Below are positions 1 through 10,790 of a stretch of DNA of 64,000 bases, piece after piece. Within the stretch, counting starts at the first letter, position 1. Every line of letters starts with the position of its first letter. The notes beneath the pieces are model-generated. The model ran no database searches, was not told the DNA's origin, and saw nothing but the letters and a program-made list of their open reading frames with translations. Origin of the DNA: an uncultured Planctomycetaceae bacterium (lineage in GTDB: Bacteria > Planctomycetota > Planctomycetia > Isosphaerales > Isosphaeraceae); contig CAWIAD010000002.1 in assembly GCA_963833985.1 (NCBI GenBank), positions 4,640,001 through 4,704,000 on the forward strand, written 5' to 3'. The position numbers were made by a program, and so were the translations under genes.

Positions 1-314
1 AGCCGGACTGGATCGATCGGGCTGGCCGCACCATGGGCTGGCTTTGGATCATTCTCGTGCCCGTGATCTGGCTCCATTGTTACTGCATCTGAACGACTTG
101 CCCGGCGACAAGACCGGTCGAGCGACAGCAAACGCAATGGAATGCTGATATCAGAGCATGAGCGATCTCGCATGTTCACAATGCGCGGCTCAAGTCGCCA
201 GTGCATTGAGAGATCCCCCGGCTTGTGCCATTCTGGGTGAAGAGGTCCCACCCGCTGGTCATTCACCATACCTGGTTTTGCCCTCCCTCCCTCGATCGCC
301 GGAGGACTCGTGCT

Positions 315-2645
315 ATGAGGCATGAAACACTGAGAAAAATCGTCATTTTCGCGGTGGCCGCCTGGTTCTGGCCTGCGTTCACCAGAGCGCAGGTCGGGGC
401 TGGCCCAGGCGCGGCGAGTGGCGCAGGACACCTGAGCGACCATCGCCCGTTGCAGGTTCGCGGCGTCACGCTCAGCGCGCGAACCGTGTCCATCGACGAG
501 CCCGTTGAGCTGACCGCCGACGTTGCCGCAACCTACGACAACCCGTTCGATCCGGGCCAGATCGCTGTGGATGCCGAGGTGACCACAGGTGACGGCAAGA
601 CGCTCACCGTGCCTGGCTTCTTCGACGTTCGCATGCGGGCCGAAACGGCGGCGGGTCGTGAAAGCCTGGTGCCGGCTGGACCAGCCGTCTTCCGGGTGCG
701 CTACACGCCCACGCTTCCGGGCAAGCAGAGCGTGGTCCTCACGGTCAGCGACAGCAGCGGCACCGTCCGTTCGTCGCCTCAGGAAATCACGGCCACGCCG
801 GGCTCCTCCCCCGGGTTCCTCCGCGTCTCTCCGCAATCGCCGCGCTACTTTGCTTTTGACAGCGGCCGGCCCTACTTCGCCGTCGGCGAGAACGTCTGCT
901 GGTCAGGCTGGCGCACGCCGCTGGCGGACTATGCCGCCTGGTTCAAGGCCCTGGGCGGCGCCGGAGGCAACTGGGCCAGGCTCTGGCTGGCCAACAACGA
1001 GAAGGGGCTGGAGTGGATGCCCCACCCCACGCCCAAGCCGGGCAACGGAGATTTCCTCGGCCTGGGCCGCTACTCCCAGGGCAATGCCTGGCGGCTCGAC
1101 GAGATCGTGCGGCTGTGCGCGAGCACGGCGTCTCTCTCATGTTCTGCCTGGGCACCTACGGCGAGTTCACCGAGGGCGGATACTTCAACGAAGGCATGTG
1201 GGTGAGCAACCCGTACAACGCCAGGAACGGCGGGCCATGTGCCCGGCCGGCCGACTTCTGGACCAATCCCGAGGCGAAGAAGATTTACAAGCATCGGCTC
1301 CGCTACCTGATCGCGCGGTGGGGATACGCGACGAACCTGTTCGCCTGGGAATTCTGGAACGAGGTGCCGGCGAACGCCGCGACCGCGGCCTGGGTGGCCG
1401 AGATGGCGGCGTACCTCAAGCAGCACGACCCGAACCGGCACCTGGTGAGCACGACCTACGGCAACGCGTCCATCTGGAAATGTCCGGACGTCGATTTCAC
1501 CATGACTCATATGTACGGACAGGCGGGCAACACGGCGGATTTTACCGGCCAGATCGTACGCGATGCGCGCCAGGCCCTGCCCTATGAAAAGCCTTACTTG
1601 CTGGCCGAGTTCGGCATCGACTGGCAGACCGGCGACGAGCGCTGGGACCGCAAGCACACGGGCCTGAACATGCACAACGGCGCCTGGGCCTCCATGATGA
1701 GTGGCGCTGCCGGCACGGCCATGCTCTGGTACTGGGACAGCTACGTCCATCCGGGCCGTGTGTACCATATCTTGACCCCCGTGCGCAAGTTCGCAGATAC
1801 CGTCGACTGGTCGAAAACGCGCTTCCGCCCGATCTCCGGCTTGCGCCGAGCAGGCCGGCATCGAGGCAGAAACCTTCACAGAACTGGCCGTTCCCGCGAC
1901 CGTGCAGTGGGGCCACTCGGGTTCCGGAGAATACACCGTCGCTCGGGACGGCACGGTGCAAGGCGGGCCGGTGGCGATGACCATCGGCAGTCCGCTGCGG
2001 GGCAACCCGGGAGAGCTTTCGACGCGGCTCAAGTGGCATGTCGATCTGCCTGGACCGGAGACCCTGACCGCGCGACTGGGCGAGGTTTGCTCGCAAGCCA
2101 GGCTGCGGATCAGCGTGGACGGCCACATCCGCATCGACCGCAAGCTCACCGCGGGAGAGCCCGGAAAAGGACCCTGGAAGTCCGCCCATCGCCTCGCGCA
2201 ATGGAACGTCTGGGTGAGCGATTACGACGAGGATGTCGCCATCGAAGTCCCCGCCGGCCGGCATACCATCCAGTTCGCGAATGTCGAGGGAGACTGGCTC
2301 CAGGTTCGGTCGCTCCGTCTGCCGCGTTACCGGTCCAGCCGCTTCCCGGCCGTTGACGTCCTGGGCCTGGGCAGCGAGGGTCAGATCTTGCTCTGGATCC
2401 ACAACCAGGAAAGCACCTGGCGCACCGAGTACGACGGCAAGGTGCCTTCGGAACTGAAGAACGTCCAGGTGCGCGTGCCGGCGGCCGGCGAAACCTGGCA
2501 CGTCGAATGGTGGAATACGACCAGCGGGCAGGTGATCCGCAACGATACAGCGACCGCAACAAACGGCGTGCTCATGCTGGCCGTTCCCGACTTCCGATCC
2601 GACCTGGCGGCCCGGGTTTCTCGTGTCGATGCGGCCCGGAGGTAA
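315..2645 (+). CDS. Secreted DUF5060-domain / GH5-like (clan GH-A) glycoside hydrolase, split by two probable sequencing frameshifts (~1120, ~1845)
   Basis: ATG at 315 after GGAGG; signal peptide; YDNPFDP N-terminal motif; AWEFWNE acid/base and PYLLAEFG nucleophile motifs; ORFs 225-1205, 1013-2356 and 1902-2645 join into one protein. Confidence 0.75.
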
Positions 2646-2711
2646 GCGACGCAACGGCTCGCTGCTGCTGCTGTGGTCGCTGCCGCGAGCCCCGAGCGGC
2701 CGCCAGAGGCG

Positions 2712-4187
2712 TCACTCCGCCAGGGTCACAGGTCCCTGGTCGGTCATGAGCCGCACGGGGCCCTTGAGCTCGGCGACGGCCCTGGCGAACTGGGGCGGAT
2801 TGTTCACAGGAGTCCGGTCGACCTGAAGAATGACCTGGAACTTCTTCAGGCCCGCCCGGGCGGCCGGGGTGTCGTCGAGCACCTCGGTGACGAGCACTCC
2901 CCCGGGCAAGTGCTCGGCGAACGGCGGGCCCGGGCGCGGGCGCTCACGGTGCTGAGGTAGTCCACCCGGATGCCGCGCCAGGGGGCGGGCTTGTTGGTGG
3001 CGATCAGGTCGCCGTCCACCGGGTACTTCGCCAGGTTCACCGTCTTCGTCATCTCCCGCCCGGCACGGCGGATCTTGAGCCGGACCTCCTCACCGGGCGG
3101 CGTACGAGTTGATGGCCAGCACGAGCGTCTCGAAATCGGTCACCTGCGTGTCGTTGACCGAGAGGATCTCGTCGTTGGCCTGCAACTGCCCCTGGTCCGC
3201 CGGGGAATTGGGCGTGACGGCCTCGACCCGGTTGGTGCTGGAAAGGTGAGCATGAATGCCCAGCAACCCGTACTCGACCTCCTTGCCCTGCTTCAAGGTC
3301 TCGACGGCCCGGCGGCCAATGCGGTCCATGGGAATGGCATAGCCGGCCATCGCGTCGAAGCCGGCCGGGCTGGCGGCCATCGTGGTCAGACCCACCAGCT
3401 CGCCCTTCATGTTCACCACGGCCCCTCCGCTCATGCCCAGGTTCAGCTTGGCGTCCAGTTGCAGCAGCGTGGGATAATTGGGGAAGCTGAGCCGGCGGGA
3501 AAGCATCACCATCTCATCATAGTCGGGCGGGACCTTGCGGGCGATGTTCGAGAGGATGCCCAGGCTGGCCGAGGGCTTACCATCCTGTGCCGCGTTGAAC
3601 GGATTGCCGAGCGCGATCAGGAAGGCCCCTTTCCGGAGAACGGTGGCGTCGCCCAGTGCCAGCGGCTTGAGCCGCGGACCGGGGACTCCGGGAATGGCGA
3701 CCGGCACGATCACGGCCAGGTCGATGCGCGGGTCGGCGGCGATGATCTCGGCTTCGAACTGCTGCCGCTCGGTCGCGCGGACGACAATCAGGGTGGCTCC
3801 CTTCACCACGTGGTAGGCCGTGAGGATCTGGCCCTCCTGGCCCACGACGACGCCCGATCCGAAGTCGAACGAGATCTGGTCGGTGAGCTCGCCGTCGCGC
3901 GCAAAGCGCGAACGAGCGGAGCGCGGATCAAAGAGCTGCGGCCGGGGCTTGCCGCGGACCGCGAGGGTCTCCTGGGGATTCTCTCCCTTGGTCCGGTGGA
4001 TGGCGACGACCGACGGCTCGGCTTTGGCAATCGCGTCCCCCACGACCGTCTCGAGCGCCGAGACCACGTCAATGGGGGCAGGAGGCTGGCCTTGTGCCGC
4101 CTGAGGACCGGGACTGCCGCTTGCCGCCCCGGCGGGCGGATCGAGCATCGCAAGCGGCAGGCAAGCCAGTAGCAGATAGCCAGTCAT
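2712..4187 (-). CDS. HtrA/DegP-like trypsin serine protease with PDZ domains, frameshifted (~3095, ~2905)
   Basis: Triad motifs TAYHVV, DLAVI, LNLGMSGG; PDZ motifs GLLGI..SPADQGQLQANDEILSVN and TPAARAGLKKFQVILQVD. Confidence 0.85.
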
Positions 4188-5011
4188 CAGTGCACCCCTG
4201 TGGGTCAATCCGCGGAAGTTCTGATTTCATCATTCCCGGTTCTGCCCTCCGGGAGCAACCCGAGATTCCCGCACCCTCCCTCTGGCCAGGAAGCAAGCCC
4301 GCGCGCCGGAGGACACCCCGCCCCGTTTCATGCTGCCGCCGGTGCCAGCCGTCGGGCGCTCGCCCCACGCGCGGTCCCGTCATGGCCAACCCCCCGAATC
4401 CGTCCCGGCCGAAATTGGGTTCGATCTCCGTCCGCGGATCCGAAGCCAGTCGACGTTAGTCATTTTCCTGCTGGCATTTCGAGAGAGAATCATCGGCTTC
4501 GTTTGGGAACATGACCTGCAACTGTCGCGTACTTCCGCTGTCTTTGACTCGCACACCGCCGGGCAAGCCTGTCGACGTTCGACCGGGCGCTCCCAGCCGT
4601 CCACGGCTTTCGCTTCCGTCAGCCGGCCCCTCGTGCCCTGGCCGGTGCAAATGGGTTCGTTCTGGGCATCGCCGGAGCAAAGCCATCGGACGCTAACCAC
4701 TGCCGCAGAATAAGTTAGATACCGTTTTTTCGGTTTTTCATTGGCTTCGCAAGGAATCCTTTTTTCATCCCGCCCGTCCGCAGATCGCCCTGTACCAGGT
4801 CGAGCCAGGGAGTGGCCCGCCGCGCGCCGTCAGGCTCCGACGGCGCACGGTCTCCTCACAACCGACCGAATTGTCAAGGAGCCTGCGCTGCACCGTCATG
4901 GACAGTCTACGGTACAAATACCGCAAATCTCGCGAACCACCACGCGGTTTGTTGTCCCGTTGGGGAGTTCAGCCCCTCTCTCCCGGCGACCCCCGCGCTG
5001 GCTCCCCTGAC

Positions 5012-5400
5012 TCGATCCAGGGGGATCTCGACTCCTCCGGCGGCGCGGCCCGGCGCACTGTACGCGCGAGCTGCTGGAACGGCTCGGAGCGCGGTTCAGA
5101 CCGGACTCGTAGTCTGCGGAACGGCCGACGTGCTCGACCTGACCGTGAACGGGGTCCTGACCGTACGGTGTATCGAGTGCGGAGACGACCCTCCATTCAC
5201 GGCGCAGGCCTCGCCACCGGTGCGTCGTCGCTCCGCTTGACGCACCCTACCGCTTGGTACCGGCGGTCGGGGCGTATGGCCACGTGCGTGAGCACGTGGT
5301 TTTCACGGGCGCAGCCCCCAACCTCGGGCGTGAGCCCGACCAGCATCACGGCGCATCGCGCCGCATCGTGCTCATCCCCACGACCGCGTCGTCGTCACGT
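5012..5400 (+). pseudogene. Decayed fragments of a GT4 glycosyltransferase paralogous to 45011-46177
   Basis: Broken frames read SIQGDLDSSGGAA / CTRELLERLGAR / GTADVLDLTVNGV / RIVLIPTTASS, collinear with SVHCYLDPSGGAS / CTRELLELLAAR / GQAAEVLDLNVNGV / RVTLMPTASS of the intact GT4. Confidence 0.7.
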
Positions 5401-5524
5401 CGCCCCGCCGCGCACCCGCCCAGGTTCGCCAGGTGATGGCGCCCCAACCGCCCGGCTATCTCCCGCAGCCCTTCCCGGCTCGCCGCAAGGAAGACTGCAT
5501 GGCCCGTCCCTGGCCAGCACACGA

Positions 5525-5663
5525 CATCCCTCGCCGCCGAGGAAGTCTTTCCTCTCGATGTCGCCGCGGCCGAACTGGCGGGCCGCATCACCGCGATCTC
5601 GAACGCAGCGGTCAGCCGATCGGCCGGGCGGACCCCATGATCGCGGCAGTCGCCTTACCGTGA
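5525..5663 (+). pseudogene. VapC/PIN-domain toxin remnant
   Basis: EEVFPLDVAAAELAGRIT-(frameshift)-DLERSGQPIGRADPMIAAVAL matches the central PIN motif; N- and C-terminal parts are missing. Confidence 0.7.
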
Positions 5664-5762
5664 TTGCCGAAGAGCGCGGCGACCGCGGCGAAGGCGTGCT
5701 GCGTCTGGACCCGGGTCTTCGCCGGCCGAAAATGAAAGGGCCAGGGGGGACGCTCCTGCCTG

Positions 5763-5791
5763 TTGACAGCCTCGCCATGGCGTCTGATAGT
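5763..5791 (+). promoter_or_regulatory. Putative sigma70 promoter of the exbBD cluster
   Basis: TTGACA-17 nt-GATAGT upstream of 5967. Confidence 0.45.
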
Positions 5792-5966
5792 GAATGAGTT
5801 AGAGCCATGCGAACCAGGGCGAGCGGCTGACTGGTCCAGCACTGCACCATGCTGCGCGAGGGACCCGGGTCACCGCATGACGTTCGCCCCGTAAATCGAG
5901 ACGGAAGCTGGATCTTCTGCCCGACTGACCAAAAACCTTGAGCGATCTTCGCGGGAGCTCTTTTCC

Positions 5967-6872
5967 ATGCGGCAGCCTTGGGTTCTTCGTCCCGCCGGGA
6001 CGGTGGGCGGAACGCGGCTTCTGTTCCTGGTCGTCATCGGTTTTCTGATCTGTATGGCCTGGGGACAGACCTCCGGCGCCCGCGCCCAGGATGCCGCCAA
6101 GAATGACGAGCCGCCGGCCGCCAAGACCGAACCGGCCCCCGCGCCGGCCGAGCCGGCCGACGCTGCTCCGGCCGCCCGGACTCCGGCCGCGTCCAGCACC
6201 GGCAGCGACGAGGGATCGAAGCCAGCGGCCCGGGAGAACATGCTCCAGTGGGCCATCCGAGCGTCCGGCCCGATCGGCCTGTTCCTGCTCTGCCTGTCGG
6301 TCTACTTCACCGCCCTGGTGATCCGTCTTTTCATGGAGTTCCGGGTGAGCGAGGCCGTGCCCGCGCCGCTCGTCGAGAAGCTCGAGGCCGCCATCCGCGA
6401 CAAGAGGTTCCAGGAAGCCTACGACGTCTGCAAGGATAGCGATTCATTCCTGGCCCGGCTGGTGCGGACAGGCATCGCCAACCTGCCCAACGGGCGGAAC
6501 GAGGCCAAGGAAGCCATGATGGCCATGAGCGACGAGATCGTGACCGGACTGGAAATGAGGATCAGCTACCTGGCCACGATCGGTACGCTGGGACCGATGA
6601 TCGGCCTGGTCGGCACCGTCTGGGGCATGATCATGAGCTTCCAGACGATCGCCACCGCCGGCGGCGAACAGCCCCGGCCGGAGAAGGTGGCCGAGGGCAT
6701 CTCCACCGCGCTGTTCATCACGCTGGAAGGGATCACCCTGTCGGTACCGGCGATCTTCTTCTTCGCCTTCTTCCGCAACCGCATCTCGCAGATGACCATG
6801 GAAGCCAACCGGGTTGCGGACCGGACCATCAACTCCCTGGTCGCGGCCGCCAAGACGTCCAAGCCCGCCTGA
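5967..6872 (+). CDS. exbB: MotA/TolQ/ExbB proton channel protein
   Basis: LATIGTLGPMIGLVGTVWGMIMSF and GISTALFITLEG transmembrane motifs. Confidence 0.9.
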   Translation: MRQPWVLRPAGTVGGTRLLFLVVIGFLICMAWGQTSGARAQDAAKNDEPPAAKTEPAPAPAEPADAAPAARTPAASSTGSDEGSKPAARENMLQWAIRASGPIGLFLLCLSVYFTALVIRLFMEFRVSEAVPAPLVEKLEAAIRDKRFQEAYDVCKDSDSFLARLVRTGIANLPNGRNEAKEAMMAMSDEIVTGLEMRISYLATIGTLGPMIGLVGTVWGMIMSFQTIATAGGEQPRPEKVAEGISTALFITLEGITLSVPAIFFFAFFRNRISQMTMEANRVADRTINSLVAAAKTSKPA

Positions 6873-6901
6873 ATCGACCAGGCTTCCCGGGAGCAGCAAA
6901 C

Positions 6902-7372
6902 ATGGCCGGATCCGTGACCGGAGACGTGCGTGCCGAGCCGAACTTGACTCCCCTGCTGGACGTCGTCTTCCAGCTCATCACGTTCTTCATGCTGGTGATC
7001 AACTTCACGTCCGATAATTACGACCAGCGGGTGCACCTGCCGGTCGCCGGCTCGGCCCGGCCGATCGAGGACACCCAGCGCGTTTCCGAGGACCGGATCG
7101 TCCTGAACGTCGACGCGCAGGGGCACCTCCTGGTCGGCGGCCAGGTGCAGCCCGTCGTCGAGGCCCTGCAAACCATCAAGCACCAGGCCGACCTGGTGCG
7201 GCTGAACCTGCGTGCGGCCGGCCAGAAGATCGATCCGGTCGCCGGCCTGCCCACGACGGTCGTCTTCCGCGCCGATAAGGACGCGACCTTCGCCTCGGTC
7301 ATGACGCTGATCAACGCCTGCCAGGCCCAGGGCTTCCGCAAGTTTGCCTTGAAGGCAATGACGAGCGTGTGA
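6902..7372 (+). CDS. exbD: ExbD/TolR family protein
   Basis: NLTPLLDVVFQLITFFM with conserved Asp; VVFRAD motif. Confidence 0.9.
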   Translation: MAGSVTGDVRAEPNLTPLLDVVFQLITFFMLVINFTSDNYDQRVHLPVAGSARPIEDTQRVSEDRIVLNVDAQGHLLVGGQVQPVVEALQTIKHQADLVRLNLRAAGQKIDPVAGLPTTVVFRADKDATFASVMTLINACQAQGFRKFALKAMTSV

Positions 7373-7427
7373 GCACCGGCCGGCCGGTGGCGGTGACTGA
7401 ACGGCCAGCCGCGGAAAGGAATGCGAA

Positions 7428-7939
7428 GTGCAGAGGAAAAAGAAGAAGCCGGAGCCCGAAGGACCCAACGTGCCGATCGCGCCGATGCTGGACATGGCGT
7501 TTCAGCTCCTGACGTTCTTCGTGCTCACGTACCACGCCGCGCCCACGGAAGGCCAGTTCGTGATGAGCCTCTTGCCTCCCCAGCCGGCCACGGCAATGGC
7601 CGCGGCGCCGGCGGCGAAGGAGGCGGCGGCCGCTAGCGAGCTGCCGGCGTCCCTGCGCACCTTGCCGACAACGCTCAAGGCCGGCGACGGCGGCAGGCTG
7701 GCCCGGATCGTCATCGAACAGAACGAGGTACCCAACGATCCCCATGCCCTCGAAGAGGCGCTCGGCCGGTACTTGCAGGACCCCGATCTGCCGTTCGACC
7801 AGACGCTCATCAAGGTGGACCCGAACCTGCGGTACTCGGAGCTGATGGTCGTCATCAACGCCTTCTCCAATGCGTTCGTCAAGGCGCCAAGGACCCCAAG
7901 CTCAGCTTCATGGAGCTTCCCCCGGGCGAGGGAGAGTGA
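7428..7939 (+). CDS. exbD: Second ExbD/TolR family protein (frameshift ~7885)
   Basis: PIAPMLDMAFQLLTFFVLT; the alternative frame ends KLSFMELPPGEGE* at 7939, just before the next gene. Confidence 0.8.
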
Positions 7940-7942
7940 GGC

Positions 7943-8850
7943 GTGGAACCCATCCAGACCCCGAGCCGCCGTTTCTTCCTCGGATCCGAATTTCCTCTGC
8001 TGCTCCTGCTGGCTGCGGTCATGGTCGGCGGCTGGGCCCTGGTCTGGCAATACGTTCACCAGAAGCCGACGCCGGAAGAGCCGGTCGCCCAGGCCGAGCC
8101 GCACCCGCAACCCGTCGTGGCCGACCATGCGGAGGCGTTCGAGACGGTCACCGACCGCACACCGATGACCTTTCGCGATAACGCCGCCTACGCTTACCTG
8201 CTGGACAAGGCACGCGACCGGACACCCTCGGAGCTGGCCCGGCAGAGCCGGCGGGACATCCTGCTGACCCATCTCTGGGAGCGGCCCGAGCTGTACCGCG
8301 GAGTGCCGGTTCACCTCCTCGGCACGGCCCGGCGCGTGCTGCGGTTCGAGTCGAAGCTGAGCCGTACGGGCTGGCTGTACGAGGCCTGGATCGTCTCGCC
8401 CGACGCTCCCAGGTACCCGTATAGCTGTGTCTTCGAGCAGGCGCCGGAGGGTTCCCCCTGGGCGCCGATGTCTCCGAGCGCGTGGTGTTCAACGGCTACT
8501 TCCTGAAGATCATGAAGTACCAGGCGGGCGACGTCCCGCGCGGAGCGCCAGTGCTCATCGGCCGGATTGGCTGGGAGCCGCACCCGGAAGCCGACAGCGG
8601 CAAGGGCGGCGGGGCGGGCGCCGCAGGCGCGAATTCCTGGCGTGACCAGTTCCTGGCCATCCTTGGCTTCATGTTCGTCGTCACGCTGGGACGCTGGTTG
8701 TACCAGCTCCGGCTCTCGATGCGCGGTCCGCACTCCGGTCGATCTCCCTCTCCCCACCATCCCACCGAGGAGATCCTGCCCGGGGATCTCCAGGCCTGGG
8801 CGAAGGCTCAGACCGAGACTCCCGGGGGAGAGCCCGAGGGCGAAAGCTAG
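7943..8850 (+). CDS. Hypothetical membrane-anchored protein (frameshift ~8455)
   Basis: ORFs 7943-8506 and 8482-8850 join (CVFEQAPEG..VVFNGYFLKIMKY); TM helix near each end; coupled to the exbD genes. Confidence 0.65.
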
Positions 8851-8924
8851 CCTGCACCCGCACGGCGCAGGCCGCACCCGGCGAAGGGGTGTGCCTGGCT
8901 GCCCGGTGGCGGCCCCTGCTCTGT

Positions 8925-9929
8925 TCAGTCCTTGCGCGGCAGCGCCAGCTTGACCAGCAGCTCTTCGAGCACCACCCGGGGCTCCAGCGGGCTGCCGCCC
9001 TTGAGGTCGAGATCCGCCTTGAGCAGCATGGCGGGTAACTCGTCCACGCGCGACGGCCCCAGATGCGCGTGCTGCCGGCGCGTCTTCTCCGCGGCATATT
9101 CACGGATGCCGGCAATCCGGCACGCCTCGTCAAGGCTCACCCGGAAAGCGCGCAGTCGGCCGGCGTGATGCAGCTTCAGGAGAGACGTGGTCAGCGCGGC
9201 TAGCACCCGCACCGGGAACTCGCCGGCGGCGAGCAACTGGTCCAGGTCGGCGATCGCCTCGGCGGCGTGGCCGGTGGTGGCGGCGTCCAGCACTTTCCAG
9301 ACCGTCTCGATCCGGCCCGCCTCGACCATCCGCGCCACGTCCGCGCGGCGGATCCTGCGTGCCTCCCCCACGTAGACAGCCAGCTTCTCGACCTCGCTAG
9401 CCAGCAAGCCCACCTCGGGCCCGACCAGCTCGAGCAGCAGCCGGGCGGCGTCGCTATCAAGCTGGGCCTCGTGCCGCGACGCATGCTGGAGAAGCCAGGG
9501 AACCAGCTCCTTCTCGGCAGGGCTGTTGCAGTCCAGGGCCAGGCCCTCCGCAGCGATCAGGCGGGCCAGGTTCGTGGTCGCGGGCAACGTCTTGACCAGC
9601 AGCACCAGCACGCCGGCGGCGCCGGGTGCGGCCACATAGGCCTCCAGCTCCTTGCGGTTCCTGGTCACGAACGGGTCCGCATCGGCCACCACCACGACGC
9701 GCCGCTTCGAGAAGAAGGGGAGCATCCGGACCTCGTCCATCACGTCGGCGAGACTCGCCGCATTGCCATCCAAGCGGCTCACGGCCAGCTCGTCCGCATT
9801 CGACCCGAGAATCACGCGAACCACCGCCGCGGTCGCCTCACGCCGCAGGTAGACGTCGTCGCCGTAAACCGCGTAGACCGCCCTGGGCGGAGTCGCTTCA
9901 GGATCCCGCAAGAATTCTAATGCACGCAT
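8925..9929 (-). CDS. holA: DNA polymerase III subunit delta
   Basis: VYAVYGDDVYL, LPFFSKRRVVVV, EVEKLAVY, LLKADLDLKGG. Confidence 0.92.
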   Translation of the reverse strand: MRALEFLRDPEATPPRAVYAVYGDDVYLRREATAAVVRVILGSNADELAVSRLDGNAASLADVMDEVRMLPFFSKRRVVVVADADPFVTRNRKELEAYVAAPGAAGVLVLLVKTLPATTNLARLIAAEGLALDCNSPAEKELVPWLLQHASRHEAQLDSDAARLLLELVGPEVGLLASEVEKLAVYVGEARRIRRADVARMVEAGRIETVWKVLDAATTGHAAEAIADLDQLLAAGEFPVRVLAALTTSLLKLHHAGRLRAFRVSLDEACRIAGIREYAAEKTRRQHAHLGPSRVDELPAMLLKADLDLKGGSPLEPRVVLEELLVKLALPRKD

Positions 9930-10025
9930 GCTCGCGACCTCTGGCTCAGTCCCCGCAACGGCCGTTTCAGTCTACTCACTTTGCCGACTCGCCCCCATGA
10001 AACCTCTGTTTTTTTTCGATGCCTC

Positions 10026-10086
10026 TTGACCGGGTGCACGCATTTCATACAGTTGATTGAAACGCTTGTTTGAAACAACTGTTTTG
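10026..10086 (+). promoter_or_regulatory. Promoter (TTGACC-16-TACAGT) overlapped by three imperfect TCAAAC-N4-GTTTGA boxes, candidate TetR operators
   Basis: Boxes at 10045-10060, 10058-10073 and 10071-10086 with a 13-bp period, directly upstream of the TetR gene. Confidence 0.6.
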
Positions 10087-10104
10087 ACCCGTTTGCAAGG
10101 TGGC

Positions 10105-10767
10105 ATGGTGGCACAAGACCTCACGAGGACGCGGTTGCTGGAAGGGGCGGGGCAGGAGTTTGCCGAGAAGGGTTACGAGCTGGCCCGGGTGCGTTCAATC
10201 TGCGACCGGGCGGGAGCGAACCTGGCGGCGATCAACTACCATTTCGGCGACAAGGAGCAGCTCTATGTTGCGGCTTTGCGGGAAGCCCATCGTTGCGGGC
10301 TGGAGCCCGGGGACCCGCGGACTGATGCCTCGTTGCCTGCCGCGGAGCGCTTGCGAGGATTCATCCATCACTTTCTGGATCGAGTGCTGGCCATGAATCA
10401 TCCGGATGACTGGCAGCACCGGCTCATGTTGCGAGAGATGCTTTCGCCGACCCCCTTCTCGGATATCCTGATCCGTGAAGTGATCCGCCCGCGCTTCGAG
10501 ATGCTCCGGAGCCTGATGGGGGAGATCTGTCCCGAGGCGGACGACCGCCGGCTCAATGCGCTGGTGTGCAGCATTATCGGTCAATGTTTGCATTACAAGA
10601 TGGCGCGGCGGGTGACCGAGCGGCTCCTTGGACCGGAGGGCTACGCTGCCCTGAGCCTTGATTACCTGACCGACCACATCACGTCTTTCTGCCTTGCCGC
10701 CCTGGGCATGGGGCCCACGCTCAACCAGGCGGGTGAACCTGCGGGCTCGGGCTCTCGACCCATCTAA
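10105..10767 (+). CDS. TetR/AcrR regulator (CecR/CerR type)
   Basis: HTH: TRTRLLEGAGQEFAEKGYELARVRSICDRAGANLAAINYHFGDKEQLY. Confidence 0.9.
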   Translation: MVAQDLTRTRLLEGAGQEFAEKGYELARVRSICDRAGANLAAINYHFGDKEQLYVAALREAHRCGLEPGDPRTDASLPAAERLRGFIHHFLDRVLAMNHPDDWQHRLMLREMLSPTPFSDILIREVIRPRFEMLRSLMGEICPEADDRRLNALVCSIIGQCLHYKMARRVTERLLGPEGYAALSLDYLTDHITSFCLAALGMGPTLNQAGEPAGSGSRPI

Positions 10768-10790
10768 ACCGACGATCGCGAGGGAACGTC

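Noticed and set aside
1110..1130. Programmed ribosomal frameshifting at this and other split genes
   Set aside because: No slippery heptamers or consistent stimulators; indels are scattered over unrelated gene families
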